From positions 55,945,238 through 55,993,514 of the forward strand of contig NC_068985.1 in the NCBI RefSeq assembly GCF_001194135.2: a stretch of DNA of 48,277 bases. Reading direction: 5' to 3'. The stretch comes from Octopus bimaculoides (taxonomy: Eukaryota). The number at the start of each line of letters is the position of its first letter. Position 1 is the stretch's first letter. Positions 22,625 through 35,780 of the stretch are shown here, in pieces. The notes under the pieces were generated by a model. That model saw only the letters and a program-made list of their open reading frames with translations, was not told the origin of the DNA and searched no databases. A program made the position numbers and the translations under genes.

Positions 22625-23068
22625 GGTGGTGTGGCTGTGTGGTCAAGAAGTTTGCTTCCCAACATGATTTCAGGCTTATTCCCACTGCATAGCCCCTTGG
22701 TAAAAAGGTTTGCTATTATAGTCCAGGCCAACCAAAGCCTTGGAATGGATCTGAAAGATGGAAACTCTATGTAAGCCCATTGTGTGTGTGTGAGAGAACA
22801 TGAGTGTGTGTATGTTTGTATCTCCTTGTCTTGACATGACATAATAGTTAGAAATGAGCGTCACTGTTATACAAACAGTGTCATTCATTTCCAATGTTCT
22901 ACAAAAGCATGTCTGGTTATGGGAAAATATTTCCTTGCCTGGAAACAAGTGAGGGTTAGTAACAGGAGGGGCATCTGGCTATAGAAAAAATTTGCTTCAA
23001 TAAACTCTGTCTGACCCATGAAAGCATTAGAAAAGTGGATATTACAACGATAATGATGATGATGATGA
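22625..23068 (+). mobile_element. tRNA-derived CORE-like SINE with (CA)n/(TG)n interior and (GAT)n tail; the most abundant family here
   Basis: GGCTGTGTGGT(C/T)AAGAAG...CCTTGG(G)CAAGTGTCTTCTACTATAG consensus. Copies at about 11205-11620, 28190-28601, 31105-31440, 35790-36160 and 38272-38660, and inverted at 8400-9075, 18200-18300, 36260-36410, 41168-41605, 46420-46560 and 47231-47620. Family name is from recollection. Confidence 0.75.
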
Positions 23069-23094
23069 AAAGTCATAAAAACAATGAAACTCAC

Positions 23095-23264
23095 TAAGAC
23101 TGGACTGGATGGCAATAAAAGTGGGTCCCCGCTTCTCATCTTTGTAGGCCGAGAGAATCCTCTGCACATTCCTGTAGACACGGTTTATATCTTTATCCAA
23201 TTTTACCTGAAAGTTTTGAGTTCCTGCAGGAGGAAGAGATGCCTCATCAACTCCTTTGGACACT
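23095..23264 (-). CDS. POLE: POLE exon VSKGVDEASLPP...LSAYKDEKRGPTFIAIQSSL
   Basis: TTATGCAG acceptor, A|GTGAGT donor; YKxExRGPT motif. Confidence 0.96.
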
Positions 23265-23551
23265 CTGCATAAAATACAAAAATGATTAATGAGAAAACCT
23301 TGGGCAATAATACACAGGTAGAAGTAATGCACATACTAACATAGATATTAATAAATATTGCACAATAATGCAAGGACAGTTACAGTAACACGCATGGAAT
23401 CACAGGTAACAACAATATATCCCAACAAACAGGCATTGAAGTACAGAGGCGAATAAGGAGGTAGTGGTTGTGAAAAGAAGAGAATGGGAGGAGATGAGAG
23501 AAAGAGGATTAGGCAAGGAGAATCAAAGAACCAAAGCAGAAAGCAACTTAC

Positions 23552-23680
23552 TTGGAGTTTCTCTCAGCTGTGTACATGGCAGCAAGATTTGGCATTTGGT
23601 CACTCTGTACTGTATCAACCACAAATATAGAACCTTTCTTGGACATAGGAAACATTATAGCTATTATCATTTTGGATCCA
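23552..23680 (-). CDS. POLE: POLE exon GSKMIIAIMFPMSKKGSIFVVDTVQSDQMPNLAAMYTAERNS(K)
   Basis: ATTCCAG acceptor, AA|GTAAGT donor; 129 nt = 1+126+2. Confidence 0.93.
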
Positions 23681-23978
23681 CTGGAATTGGTATAAGAAAT
23701 ACACAGCAATTAATATAAATAGAAACCCATGTCAAATTTATTTAAGCCTAGTACTTATTCAAAATTTTTACATTCTCTTGATTTCCTGTAATTCAAACTG
23801 CCTCATGGTCCCAGGAGACAAAAGGGGAAAAGCATTGCCCTGGAGGATGGCAAAGGAAATGTACTGGAACAGTCACTGACTAACAGGGCTGGCATTTTGT
23901 CAGATTCATAATCCTTACTGGGCTATTCAGATCTTTACTGCATCTCCAATATTCATTCTATTATATATATATGTATAT

Positions 23979-24010
<32 letters not shown>

Positions 24011-24605
24011 TACAACTGAGGATAGGGTTATACAATATTGCAGATATCAATAACAATGGTTTCTAATTTAGGATCAAGGTCAGCAATTTTAGGTGAAGAG
24101 GATTAGTTGATTACATCAGATTGGAACCTGGTGCAGCCATCTGGCTCGCCAGTCCTCAGTCAAATCGTCCAACCCATGCCAGCGTGGAAAGTGGATGTTA
24201 AACGATGATGATGATGAACCTCAGTATTTGACTGGTGCTTTATTTTATTCATCTCCAAAGGATGAAAGGCAAAGTTAACCTCAGTAAGATTTTAACTCAG
24301 AATGTTAAGAGCTAGAAGAAATGCTGCTAAGCATTTTGCCCAGAGTGACACCTTTTGAAAAAATGAAAGCCAAAACTGACCCCAGCAGGATTTGAATGTA
24401 ATGAGGTGGAACATCTTTTCCAACACGCTAATAATTCTATTGTTCCATAATAATAATAATAATAATGGCTTCAAGGTTTGACACAAGGCCAGCAAGTTTG
24501 GGCAGGGGATAAGTTGATTACATTGACCCCAAGAGGATAAAAGGATAAGTCAACCTGAATGGAATTTGAACTCAGAATGTAAAGATGGACAAAATGCTGC
24601 TAAGC

Positions 24606-26598
24606 GGAAACTGATGACAGCCATCATATCGAACAGCATCTATTAGTACTTAGATGAGAATGACCTACTACCAGTGGAACAAGAGGGATGTAGATGTAAG
24701 AGTAGAGGAACGAAGGATCAATTACTAATTGAGAAGGCTATCCTGGCTGACTGCAAGAAGAGACAAATGTTTGGCGATAATATGGGTGGACTACAGGAAA
24801 GCATATGACATGGTCTCACACTTGTGGGTTATTGAATGCCTTAAACTGCTTAAGTTCTCTCACAATATCAATGGCAACATGGCGAACTGAACTCACAGCA
24901 TGGGGAGATAAGCTGTGAGAGGTAAATATCAAAAGAGGAATCTTTCAAAGGGACAATCTGTTGCCTCTTCTATTTGTTGTCTGCATACTGCCACTAACCA
25001 GTGTTTTAAGAAAGATGCATGTGGGGTACATACTAGGCAGAGTGAAAGTAAACAACCTGTAGTTTATGTATGACCTAAAGCTATTTGCTAAGACTGAGAA
25101 AGAAATTGAGAATTTGATGGCAACTGTGCAGATGATTAGCAAAGATAATGGCATGGAATTTGAGATCAAGAAATGTGGTGTAATGAGTCTCAAGGGGGGG
25201 GGGTCAGTAAAAGCCATGGGATCAAGCTGGAAAGTGGCAAAACTATAAAGGGAGAGGAAGGACATAAGTATCTGGGTATCACTGAAAGAGATAAGATGAA
25301 TGAACACAAGATGAAAGAAATCTCCAGGAAAGAGTATTTGAGGAGAACTTGGCTTGTGCTCCTATCGAAGCTAAATGGCTGCCATAAAATTAGAGCAATT
25401 AACAAGTAGGCGGTTGCTTTGATGAGATATGTGGCAGGAATAGTATCTTGGAAGAAGAATGACTTACAAGACATAGACTGGAGAACACATAAATTATTGA
25501 CAATGAATAATGAACTACACCCCAAGAATGATGTGTCAAGATTGTATGTAAAGAGGAAAGGAGGAGGACGGGGATTGGTGTGTTGTGAAGGTCATGTAAG
25601 CGAAGAGTAAAATAGCCTGGCTTGGTATGTCAAGGGAGGGAAAGAAGGAATAATTGAAGCAGTGAAAACGCAGGGAACTTTAAAAGTGAATAAAGCTGTA
25701 GATCCAACACGATTTAAGAAAGACCAGAGATAGTAGATGAAGAAAATTTGGCAGGACAAGAAAATGCAAAGTCAGTTGTTGAATAAAGATGAGATTGATT
25801 GGAATAGAACCTGGCAATGGCTGCAGAAAGGAGACTTAAAAGGCCCATTGAGGCATAAGTGTGCAGCACTCAAGAACAAGCTTCTCCAAATATCACATTA
25901 ATAAAAGTACTGACTCCCACAGTGCAGGTTGTGCTCTGAGAAGAGAGAAAGTATAAGCCATATTGTTAGTGAGTGCTGGTAAGCTCGCATAACGCAAATA
26001 CAAAAGAAGACATGACAATGTGGCCAGATATGTCCACTGGCTGTTGTGCGGTAAAACAAACCTCGAGAGAACCGAACAATGGTATGAACACAAGTCAGAG
26101 GGAGTAATGGAAAATGAACATTACAAAATACTCTGGGATTTTAACATACAGTCCGACCAAGTCATAGAGGCAAGACAGCCAGATATCATGATCATCCATA
26201 AAGACAAAAAAGAAACAAAGATAATAGATGTTGCAATGTCAGGCAATTCGAGGGTGAAATGTAAGGAAACAGAAAAAAGTGAGAAATACCAGCCACTGCG
26301 GGACAAGATAGGAAAGTTATGGGGCATGAAGAAAGTAATGGTGATACTGGTGGTAATTGGAGCATTAGGGGCAGTTTCCAAGAGCTTTGAAAAACATATT
26401 AAGAATATTGGAGCTGCTGTCAGGCTCGAAGTGATCCAGAAGATGGCATTGTTGGGTACAGCTTGCATTCTAAGGAGAGTATTGTCTCTTTGAGTCACGG
26501 AAAAAGGCAGTATTTGAAACGTTTGGTGATTTGTTATTGTCTGCTTTCAAGTAAAGAACAACCGCAAATAGAACAGCGAGAATCAAAACAATAATAAT
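24606..26598 (+). mobile_element. 5'-truncated R4/Dong-like (restriction-like endonuclease) non-LTR retrotransposon, decayed
   Basis: RT motifs [39 protein letters not shown]; CCHC knuckle CRLCSEKRESISHIVSEC (25923-25976); PD-(D/E)xK-like ILWDFNIQ...RQPDIMI...IIDVA...K in ORF 26020..26493; (AAT)n tail; multiple stops. Confidence 0.9.
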
Positions 26599-27945
26599 CC
26601 CTTCTACTGTAGGCACAAGGCTTGAAAATTTGGGGGAGGGGATAGCCAATTACATTGACCCCAATGCATAACTGGTACTTATTACATTGACCCCGAAAAA
26701 ATGAAAGGCAAAGTTGACTTCAGCAGAATTTGAACTCAAAACTTAACGGCAGACGAAATACTGCTAAGCATATCGCCTGGCATGCTAACGATTCTGCCTG
26801 CTCACCGCCTTAATAATAATAATAATGATGGTTTCAAATTTTGATACAAGGCCAGCAATTTTGGAGGAAAGGGTAAGTTGTTTACATTGGCCTGGTACTT
26901 GACTGGTACTTATTTTATTGACCCTGAAAAGATGGAAGTGAAAGTCAACTTCAGATGAATTTGAACTCAGAATGTCAAAAATGGAAGAAATACCTATCAG
27001 TATTTTTGCCCAGTGTACTTATGATTCAGCCAGCTTGCTACTTTACAAATAATAATACTAATTTTTTCATAAATTAGGCAGAATGTCAGCAATTTCAAGG
27101 GTCAGGTTTAGTTGCATGGTTAAAAGTATTGATTGACTTACTTTTAAAACTAAATTAGTAAGGGAAGGAAAGGAAAAGTGTCAAGATCTTTGTAGGCATA
27201 CCACTTCACTCTCAGATTGATGAGGTCAGTATAGATATTGCCCAGCCTAACGATCAAAATGTTAATAAAGAATAGGAACCAGATGTTGGATCTGAATGTG
27301 GGTACAAAACTACTTCACAAGTGTTGGCACCATTAAAAAAATGTACTCAGGACAGTCTGTAAACAGAAATGATGTAGGGTTGAGGGGTTTGTCTTGTTCA
27401 GGACATGACAACTTCTCTATTGTTGGTGCCTTGATAAAGTTCACCCAGGAAGTTAGATAAATATTTATTTATTTAGTTTTGGTGGTAATCATTCTAGCTC
27501 TCTATGTTCAGTCTTCAGGTCACACTGAGGTCAACTTTGCATTTTGTCCCCTAGGGGCCAATAAAGAACTAGTCTGAACTAGGATCAATTCCCTTCTGAC
27601 TACCTCTTTCTGGGAAATTGGTTGTGATTAGAAATGGAGAAGGATAATACCTGTTAGATCTAAAATGTCCAAGACATGCCATATGTTACAACAGTGCCCA
27701 TAACATTCCATCAAGGAGTTGAGGGCCAAAGACATGGCACATATGTATGTAGATGTGTATATATGTAGGTATATAGGTAAGTAGTTAATGACACAAGGTC
27801 CCACTATAACATGACAATATATAATCACTATTCATTATTAATACAAACTTATTTCCAAGTCTCATATGCAAATATGTTACCAACATCCAATTATATTCTT
27901 CTCATAAACACTTTGTAACAAAAGATTCTTAAAAAAATGTCTTAC

Positions 27946-28052
27946 CAATTATGGCAGTAAAAATAGATGTGCTTCATTGAGCCAGGTTCCAAGTATGAAT
28001 ATTGTGCCAAAGTACGGAATTCCAGCATCTCCATATCAAATGTGTCAGTTTC
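27946..28052 (-). CDS. POLE: POLE exon [35 protein letters not shown](C)
   Basis: CTTCCAG acceptor, TG|GTAAGA donor; 107 nt. Confidence 0.95.
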
Positions 28053-28571
28053 CTGGAAGAGATTTGATAACAAAGAGAAGAGGAAAGATTAGATGGAGTA
28101 GTTAAACTTAATAATGATTTACCAAAGATGTAAAGATCGATAGAGCAGCATGGGATAGTTTTGTTATTATTTTTTTTTTCTCTTGCACAGATGTGGCTGT
28201 GTGGTTAAAAAGATTGCTTCCCAACCACATGGTTTCAGGTTCATTCCCACTAGGTGGCACCTTTGGCAAGTATCTTTTACTAAAGCTTTGTGAGTGGATT
28301 TGGTATACAGAAGCTAAAAGTATATATTGTGTGTGTTACTCTCTCCTTGTCTTGACATCATGTGATAGTCGTGAATGATTGTCACTATCATACAAGCAGT
28401 GTCAATCTTTTCCCCAAAATTGCAAAGACATTGTTTGGTCATAGGGAAATATTACCTTGCTTGTAAACAAGCGAGGGTTGATGACATGAAGGATTTCTAG
28501 CCATAGAAAATCAGTTTTTGCTTCAATGAATTCTGTCTGATCCATGCAAACATGAAGAAAAGGATGTTAAA

Positions 28572-28602
<31 letters not shown>

Positions 28603-30667
28603 GTATGGAAGAAGGGGCAGGGCCCACAACTCTTGCAGGCCCTTCATGACCGGCAAGGATAATGCCATTAATGTTGTTTAAACTGAATGGAAAAAGAACC
28701 CAGAGAGCCGGAGTTCTATAGAGGGAGGTCTGGGAATAGTGGTTAGTGTGGAGCCAAAGGGCTCCTTATTACCCTTGTTGGACACTACCAGAGTAAGAAG
28801 AAATGGATGATAGTCTACAATTTGGATCTGTGATTTTTCAGTTACAAGACTGACATATTTTGATTACTGTATCACCATTATTACTATTCTGCTTCTTTTC
28901 ACCTACTCACATTTTTCTGCACTATACATCATCTCCCACTCTCCCCAATATCTCCCAAACTCATATGTATCATTGATCAACCCCCAATCTATCATTCACT
29001 ACATCCACCATACATCCAAATTCTAGTCATTACCTACTCAACTCTATCTTCCCTACTTACCATCATTCAACACTTATTTTTCACTGTACTCACTCATTTC
29101 CCATCTTCCATTCAACCACTTGCCACCAACACATCTGTTCACAATGCTGTAGATTCAGAAGTTAGAGCTGATTCAATACATCCAGTGAACATAGACATAT
29201 ATAGAAGAACAACACTATACAGGATATTGATAGACTGGCGATATAAATCTAGTCTGATATTCTGTTTTCTTCTATTTCAGGTTTTAACTGAAACAGTCAA
29301 AAGTTCAATTCCTCTCCACAAAGTAATAAAATCCCTCTAGAATCAAGAATTACTATGAAGTGTAGATTTAAATTAAACTGATTTGAGTGTGTTATTGGTA
29401 TCTATTTTAGACTCTTCTTCCACACATACCATTGAAAAATGATCTGAGAAAGCAATTTTAATGAAATTTTAACTCATTACAAGGAAGAAAGAAAGTCATC
29501 ATTTAACATCTGTCTTTCATGCTGGCATGGGTTTGAGGGTTCAACAGGATTCGATGAGCCAGAGGACTGTGTTGAACTCCAATGTCTGTTTTGGGATGAT
29601 TTCTATGGCTGGATACCCTTCCTAATGCCAACCACTTTACACAGTCAGTGCTTTTTTCAAAGCATTAGCACTTGTAAAGTCACCAAGTAACTCACAAGAC
29701 AAGACCCCTTGACCGAGTGGGATGCAGTCTTGAGGGAGATGGCTTTAAGTCAAGTGTTGAGAGACAACAGAATGACAGAAGGGCAGGAACAGATGTCTCG
29801 TTGAGGAGATACATGGCTACTCCCACAGGAAAGGGAGAAATGATGGTGGAAATGAGGTGTTACGGTTTACTCTCAAGGTACAAAAAGATGGATGACGAAA
29901 GAATAGGGACAGAGAGTCAAGGATGGCTGGGTAGGTACGTTTGTGAGAGTAAGAAAGGAGAGTGACAGATGGTAAGAGATTAGGATAGAAGTGAATGCAG
30001 AGAAAGGTGAATATGGATGGAGGTGTGGACAATGGTGAATCTCAGTTTTGTGGAGAGGGATGTAAGGAAAATAAGAGTGGGTCAAGAAGGAGGAAATAGA
30101 AGGTAATACATAAAAAAATCATGTACAATAAAACAGTAGATAGACAATAAATAGGGAGAACCAACTAGTCTGACATTTTACCATTTCTGATAAACATTCA
30201 GATTACGCTGTCAAATGAAATGCATATTTATTCAGTTTTGAATTAGTTATGCATTATCCCATAGCTTTGAAATTTCAATGATGTGATTGCTTACTTTCAC
30301 AATTACATTGTAGGGTATGTGTGAGAGGCTGGATCTGGTCAGTTTAAACATAAAACAAGTAGAATATTTTGGCCTGATATGGCTGGTTTAAATGCTATAG
30401 GGTTAAGTCCTGGTCATTTCTGCTTTAGCAAACTGATCATCAATAGTATTCCAACTACAACAATCCTGTATTTTTCACAGAAATTGTGTATCCAGGACCA
30501 CACTATTAAATGCATCTTTTTCTAAGACAGTAGGGTTTGATTTGACTGAGATAAATTTGGCTGAAATTTCAAGCAAATTGAGTGACCATATACAGACTGT
30601 CTGTTTGAGTCACAAAAAGTTTTGTGTGGACAAGAAAGAGGAGTTAAAGAATAAGAAAGAAACTAAC

Positions 30668-30806
30668 CTTGCCAGCAAGAAGTCTAGCATAATCTCTGTT
30701 GACTGTGACAACACAACCCAACTGGACCAAGGCACGGAACAATAATGGTACTTGAGTCTCATAAACACCTTCAATGTCTGGAGATGATAGATCAGCATTG
30801 ATTTCA
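30668..30806 (-). CDS. POLE: POLE exon [46 protein letters not shown]
   Basis: ATTTCAG acceptor, AAG|GTTAGT donor; [16 protein letters not shown] motif; not in the ORF track, found by reading. Confidence 0.97.
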
Positions 30807-32011
30807 CTGAAATATAAACATGATGTGATTGATTATAGGAATACAACATGGAACACATAGCTATTGATGATGATGAAGATCTTCTTACATAGGTACAAAG
30901 CTTCAATGTTATTTGGGGAGGAAGGAGAGGAACAGTTGATTATATTGACCCCAGTACTTAGTTGGTACTTTATTTCATTGACATTGGAGGGATGAAAGAC
31001 AAAGTGGGATTTGAACTCAGAAAGTAAATACAAATACAAGGCATTTTGACCAACACTTTAACAATTTTGCCAATCCACTGCTCTTAAAAGTTTCTAATAT
31101 AGGTACAGTTGTGGCTGTGGGGTTAAGAAGTTTGCTTCTTAACCGCATTGCTTCAGGTTCAGTCTTACTGTGTGGCATCTTGGTTCCAGTGTCTTCTACC
31201 AAAGCTTAGTGAGTAGATGTGTATGTGTTAGTGTTTCCTTGTCTTGAAAGCACATGATAGTTGTGAACAAATGTCACCATCAAACAAGCAATGTCATTCA
31301 TTTCCAATCTTCCATATAAACATGTCCAGCCATGAAAACAAGTAAAGGAATCTGGCTCTAGAAAATTTGCTATAATGAATTCTGTTTGACTCCTGCAATC
31401 GTGAAAAAGTGGATGTTAAACAATAATGATGATGAAACAACAATCTCACAAAGAACATTATTAGTTTCTGTTTGAATGGTTTGAGAAATAACAGGAAGGT
31501 TTGATATGAATGAAAACCAAAGTACCATGTAAAAAAGCATTGGTGTAGGTGCTGGTGCCACGTGAAAAGCACTGGTGATGGTGCCATGTAAAAAGGACCT
31601 AGTACACTCTGTAAGGTGGTTGGCATTAGGAAGATCATCCAGCTGTAGAAACCAAGCTGAAACAGACTATAGAATCCTGGTGTGGTCCCTGATCTTACCA
31701 GTTCCTGTCAAGCTGTCAAACCCAAGCCAGCATAGAAAATGGATGTTAAATGTTGAAGATGATGATGACGATAAAATAATGGTATCAGGGGCTATGAACA
31801 ACACTGATTAAGGGTTATGTCACAAATTATAACTGAATTTAATTCCATTTGATTTTAATGATGCTAACTAGATTTGATCCAGAATGTTCTTCATAAATCC
31901 ACCAAGACATAGATTCTTCTAATCAATTAATCTGTAAATATGAGTAAACATGTTTACAATTTATGAGTATTTAATTGTATCACTGAACAACTGGGTATAT
32001 TTATGTGTATA

Positions 32012-32824
32012 CTAGCCCAGTATCCTGTCATTGTCTGGCAATTTTCACAATAGAATACCATTATTTCAAATTCTTTTTTTATTTCAATTCAGACCATGTT
32101 TTCTCTTGATCATGACAAATTTCTGTATTACTTTGGGCAATTTATAATGTATAAATAAAATTAAGTTTTTGCTTTTCTATTTGGTGCATAGATGTAAAAG
32201 TTTTTCTTAGCTCACTGTTTTGAGAAGGTCTTTCGACTCTGTTACCTTAATGAAATTCTTTACACACATGCAGATACATACAAACATATGGACACTCAGT
32301 ATGAGCAATATACATATATAAAGAAATAATGTGGTAAATATAAATAGAGAGGGACTTTATTCTGGTGCCAGCACAGATTTTGAAATTTTAAAATTAAGTG
32401 AAAATTTTCAAATTTGGAATATTGATGTACTTTTTCACATTGAATCTAATTTTGTGATTCACTTATTCCAGGAAAATTTTTGAAAAAAATGTAATAGCTG
32501 TCAATCACAAAATGAAAACAATTACATAAACAAAGTTTTAAACAAAATGAAAGCAAAACATGACAATAAGGAAAATGGTAAGAAGGGGAAAGGCATAAAA
32601 GAGCCTGATAGAGACAAATAGAAAGTGGTAGATTACATGAGCTAAAAGTTGAGTTATTTCTTGAAACAAATTATACTTTTTTATTACTAATTACAGAAAA
32701 ACCTTCCCAGTAGGATGCAAATTTCAAAAACCAAACCTGTTTTTCTTGAGGATGCACTGTCTGACAACCTCTCCATGATATATCCACACACACACACACA
32801 TAAAACTCTTATTTATATAGTCGA
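32012..32824 (-). mobile_element. Non-autonomous Helitron
   Basis: Minus strand: A|TCGACTATATAAATAAGAG-(TG)n ... imperfect hairpin ... GGGCTAG|T, giving an AT target with TC/CTAG termini. Confidence 0.65.
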
Positions 32825-32836
32825 TATGCAAGGATG

Positions 32837-33210
32837 GTGGAGTTGCAATGGTCCAGTAATTAGGGCAGCAGACTCGCGGTCATGAGATCGCAGTTTCGAT
32901 TCCCAGGTCGGGCATTGTGAGGGTTTATTGAGCGAAAACATCTAAAAGCTCCACATGGCTCCGGCACGGTGTGGTGGTGAACCTTGCTGTATTCTTCCAC
33001 CACAACTTTCTCTCACTCTTTCTTCCTGTTTCTGTTGTACCTGTATTTCAAAGGGCTGGCCTTGTTGCACTCTGTATCTCCTCGTGAACTATGTTAAGGG
33101 TACACGTGTCTGTGGAGTGCTCAGCCACTTGCACGCTAATTTCACGAGCAGGCTGTTCCATTGACTGGATCAACTGGAACCCTTGTTGTCGTAACAGATG
33201 GAGTGCCACG
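32837..33210 (+). mobile_element. tRNA-derived SINE (third family), full length
   Basis: A box-like TGGTCCAGTAA, B box GTTTCGATTCC; 11-bp TSD ATGCAAGGATG at 32826-32836 and 33211-33221. Confidence 0.85.
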
Positions 33211-33283
33211 ATGCAAGGATGAAGTAGCATTAGAGAATTTGGTCTTTAGAAAATATAAAACAATGTTAGAAATGAATGCTTAC

Positions 33284-33380
33284 TTGCAGTGCTCCAGGTA
33301 GACATTTTCTGGTACTGTGTATTGGTAAAGGTGCATAACAGGGTGGGATCTTGGTAGAGTCTTTTGAACCTTCTTCCACA
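33284..33380 (-). CDS. POLE: POLE exon (M)WKKVQKTLPRSHPVMHLYQYTVPENVYLEHC(N)
   Basis: TTGACAG acceptor, AA|GTAAGC donor; 97 nt = 2+93+2. Confidence 0.95.
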
Positions 33381-34211
33381 CTGTCAATGTAGAAAGGGGT
33401 TGTAGGGTCAACATAATGAATATAATAGAGAAGCAGTTGAAGTGGATAAAGAATTGAAGTATTAGCATGTCAAAGCAGACACTGGAGCTTGATGCAGTTC
33501 TCAAGCTTGTTGATCCCTGCCAAACTCCCCAACCCATGTCAACAAGAAAAATGAAAGTCAAATGATGATGATCACTACACATACACAGGGGCTGTTATGC
33601 CTGTGCTCCATTCTAAAATGTTGTACCTGTAACTATGTTACTGCACAGTGCTATTATATATATATATCATCATCATCGTTTAACGTCCGCTTTCCATGCT
33701 AGCATGAGTTGGACGACTTGACTGAGGACTGGTGAAACCGGATGGCAACACCAGGCTCCAATCTAAATTTGGCAGAGTTTCTACAGCTGGATGCCCTTCC
33801 TAACGCCAACCACTCAGAGAGTGTAGTAGGTACTTTTACGTGTCACCTGCACGAAGGCCAGTCAGGCGATACTGGCAACGGCCACGCTCGAAATGGTGTC
33901 TTTTATGTGCCACCCGCACAAGCCAGTCCAGGGGCACTGGCAACGATCTCGCTCGAAAATCCTACGGNNNNNNNNNNNNNNNNNNNNNNNNNNNNNNNNN
34001 NNNNNNNNNNNNNNNNNNNNNNNNNNNNNNNNNNNNNNNNNNNNNNNNNNNNNNNNNNNNNNNNNNNNNNNNNNNNNNNNNNNNNNNNNNNNNNNNNNNN
34101 NNNNNNNNNNNNNNNNNNNNNNNNNNNNNNNNNNNNNNNNNNNNNNNNNNNNNNNNNNNNNNNNNNNNNNNNNNNNNNNNNNNNNNNNNNNNNNNNNNNN
34201 NNNNNNNNNNN

Positions 34212-34733
34212 CTCACGCACAGCACATTTCCAAAGGTCTTGGTCAGTAGTCATCGCCTCGGTGAGGCCCAATGTACGAAGGTCTTGCCTCACCACCTCAG
34301 CCCAGGTCTTCCTGGGCCTACCTCTTCCACGGGTTCCCTCAACTGTTAGGGTGTGGCACTTTTTCACGCAGCTATCCTCATCCATTCTCACCACATGTCC
34401 ATACCAGCGCAATCGTCTCTCTTGCACACCACAACTGATACTTCTAATGTTCAGCTTTTCTCTCAAGATACTTACACTCTGACGGGTATTTACATTGACA
34501 TTATACATCCAACGGAGCATACTGGTTTCATTCCTTGCGAGCTTACCTATGTCCTCAGCAGTTACAGCCCATGTTTCACTGCCATGTAGCATGGCTGTTC
34601 GTACACATGCGTCATACAGTCTGCCTTTTACTCTGAGTGAGAGTCCCTTTGTCGCCAGCAGGGGTAAGAGCTCTCTAAACTTTGCCCAGGCTATTCTTAT
34701 TCTAGCAGCTACACTTTCAGCACACCCACCCCC
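34212..34733 (-). mobile_element. Young 5'-truncated RTE LINE, ORF2 C-terminus open for 174 codons up to the gap; 3' UTR probably continues at 33664-33967
   Basis: GGCAESVAARIRIAWAKFRELLPLL...LHGSETW...RRLRWYGHVVRM...GRGRPRKTW with no stop. Confidence 0.9.
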
Positions 34734-34903
34734 ATATATATATATATATTGGTGTTAGGAAGGGCATCCAGCTGTAGAAACAATGCCGAATCAGATAGGG
34801 AGCCTAAACAGCCCTTTAGCTCCTGTCAAGCCGTCTAATCCATACCAGCATGGAAAACGGACATTAAAAGATTATGATGATGAGGAGGATGATGATGATG
34901 ATA

Positions 34904-35115
34904 AGGGAGTGTTAAAAAGTTCCTGACTTTGGGTAAAAGAAAATACACAAGGATCAGTTAATTATAATTTTATTCAATATATTCCCTCTCAGATTCAACA
35001 CTTATTGCAGTGATCCTTCAGTTTTTCTAAGTCTTGTAAAAGAACTCAGAAGGTTGGGCCTTCACTATGCCTTTCACAGTACCCTTAAAGGCAGGAACTT
35101 TTCAGCAGCTCCTTG
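34904..35115. mobile_element. Mariner-type MITE
   Basis: TA|AGGGAGTGTTAAAAAGTTCCTGACTTT ... AAAGGCAGGAACTTTTCAGCAGCTCCTTG|TA. Confidence 0.75.
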
Positions 35116-35237
35116 TATATATCTATATGTTACTGCACAATGCTATCCATAAATTTCCATCTAGAAAGATAGAAGTTACCAGTTCCATAAATGATCATAT
35201 ATTTTCTGTTGTTGGCCAAGAATAACCAGATACTTAC

Positions 35238-35370
35238 TGGCTCCTTCTCCTTCTTTTGGTGTCTTTTGGTTCACATAGAATATTCTGGGGACATTCAGTC
35301 GCATAACATGAAGATCGTTTCCAATGAGTGCCCACAGTCGATATTGGCCAGGTTCACTGGTTTCAGCCAA
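35238..35370 (-). CDS. POLE: POLE exon LAETSEPGQYRLWALIGNDLHVMRLNVPRIFYVNQKTPKEGEGA
   Basis: TTTTAAG acceptor, A|GTAAGT donor; 133 nt; ends phase 1. Confidence 0.96.
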
Positions 35371-35540
35371 CTTAAAAGCAGATAAATTTCACAAAACTTA
35401 GAAATAATATTCATTAAGTTTTTACAAAAAATATAACAATAAAAAAACTGTTAATTAAATTAATAAAAGAAACATGAAATTAATTTTTAAAAAACGTCAC
35501 TTAACAATAAATATTTAAATTCAATATTGAAAGATTAAAG

Positions 35541-35780
35541 CAGTGGTTCTCAAACATTTTCTGGCTGTTGTCCCCTTGGCACATCAGCCCCCCCAGCCAC
35601 TCACCATCAGAAACCACTTTCTGCAGCAAATTCAAAGCAACAATATTTCACAAATAAATTTAACCTAATTAACCCATTATTTTGTTGTTTTATTGCTCCA
35701 CTTTTCTTCAAATCTTGTCCACCCACTAGATCTTTCCACTACCTGCACAAGGGCAGTACCAGCAACTTTGGGAACCACTG
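35541..35780. mobile_element. hAT (Charlie-like) MITE
   Basis: TIRs CAGTGGTTCTCAAA / TTTGGGAACCACTG; 8-bp TSD GATTAAAG / GTTTAAAG (1 mismatch). Confidence 0.8.

Noticed and set aside
9200-24620. Other CTGATGA/CTGAAGA heptamers (for example near 9205, 10731, 24611) as hammerheads
   Set aside because: None is followed by a paired helix II and GAAA with a matching helix I.
33742-34482. Long + strand ORFs (246 aa, 169 aa) and similar MATPGSNL ORFs at 3352-3680 and 42634-42993
   Set aside because: Inflated by N runs or read from the antisense strand of the RTE 3' UTR repeat.
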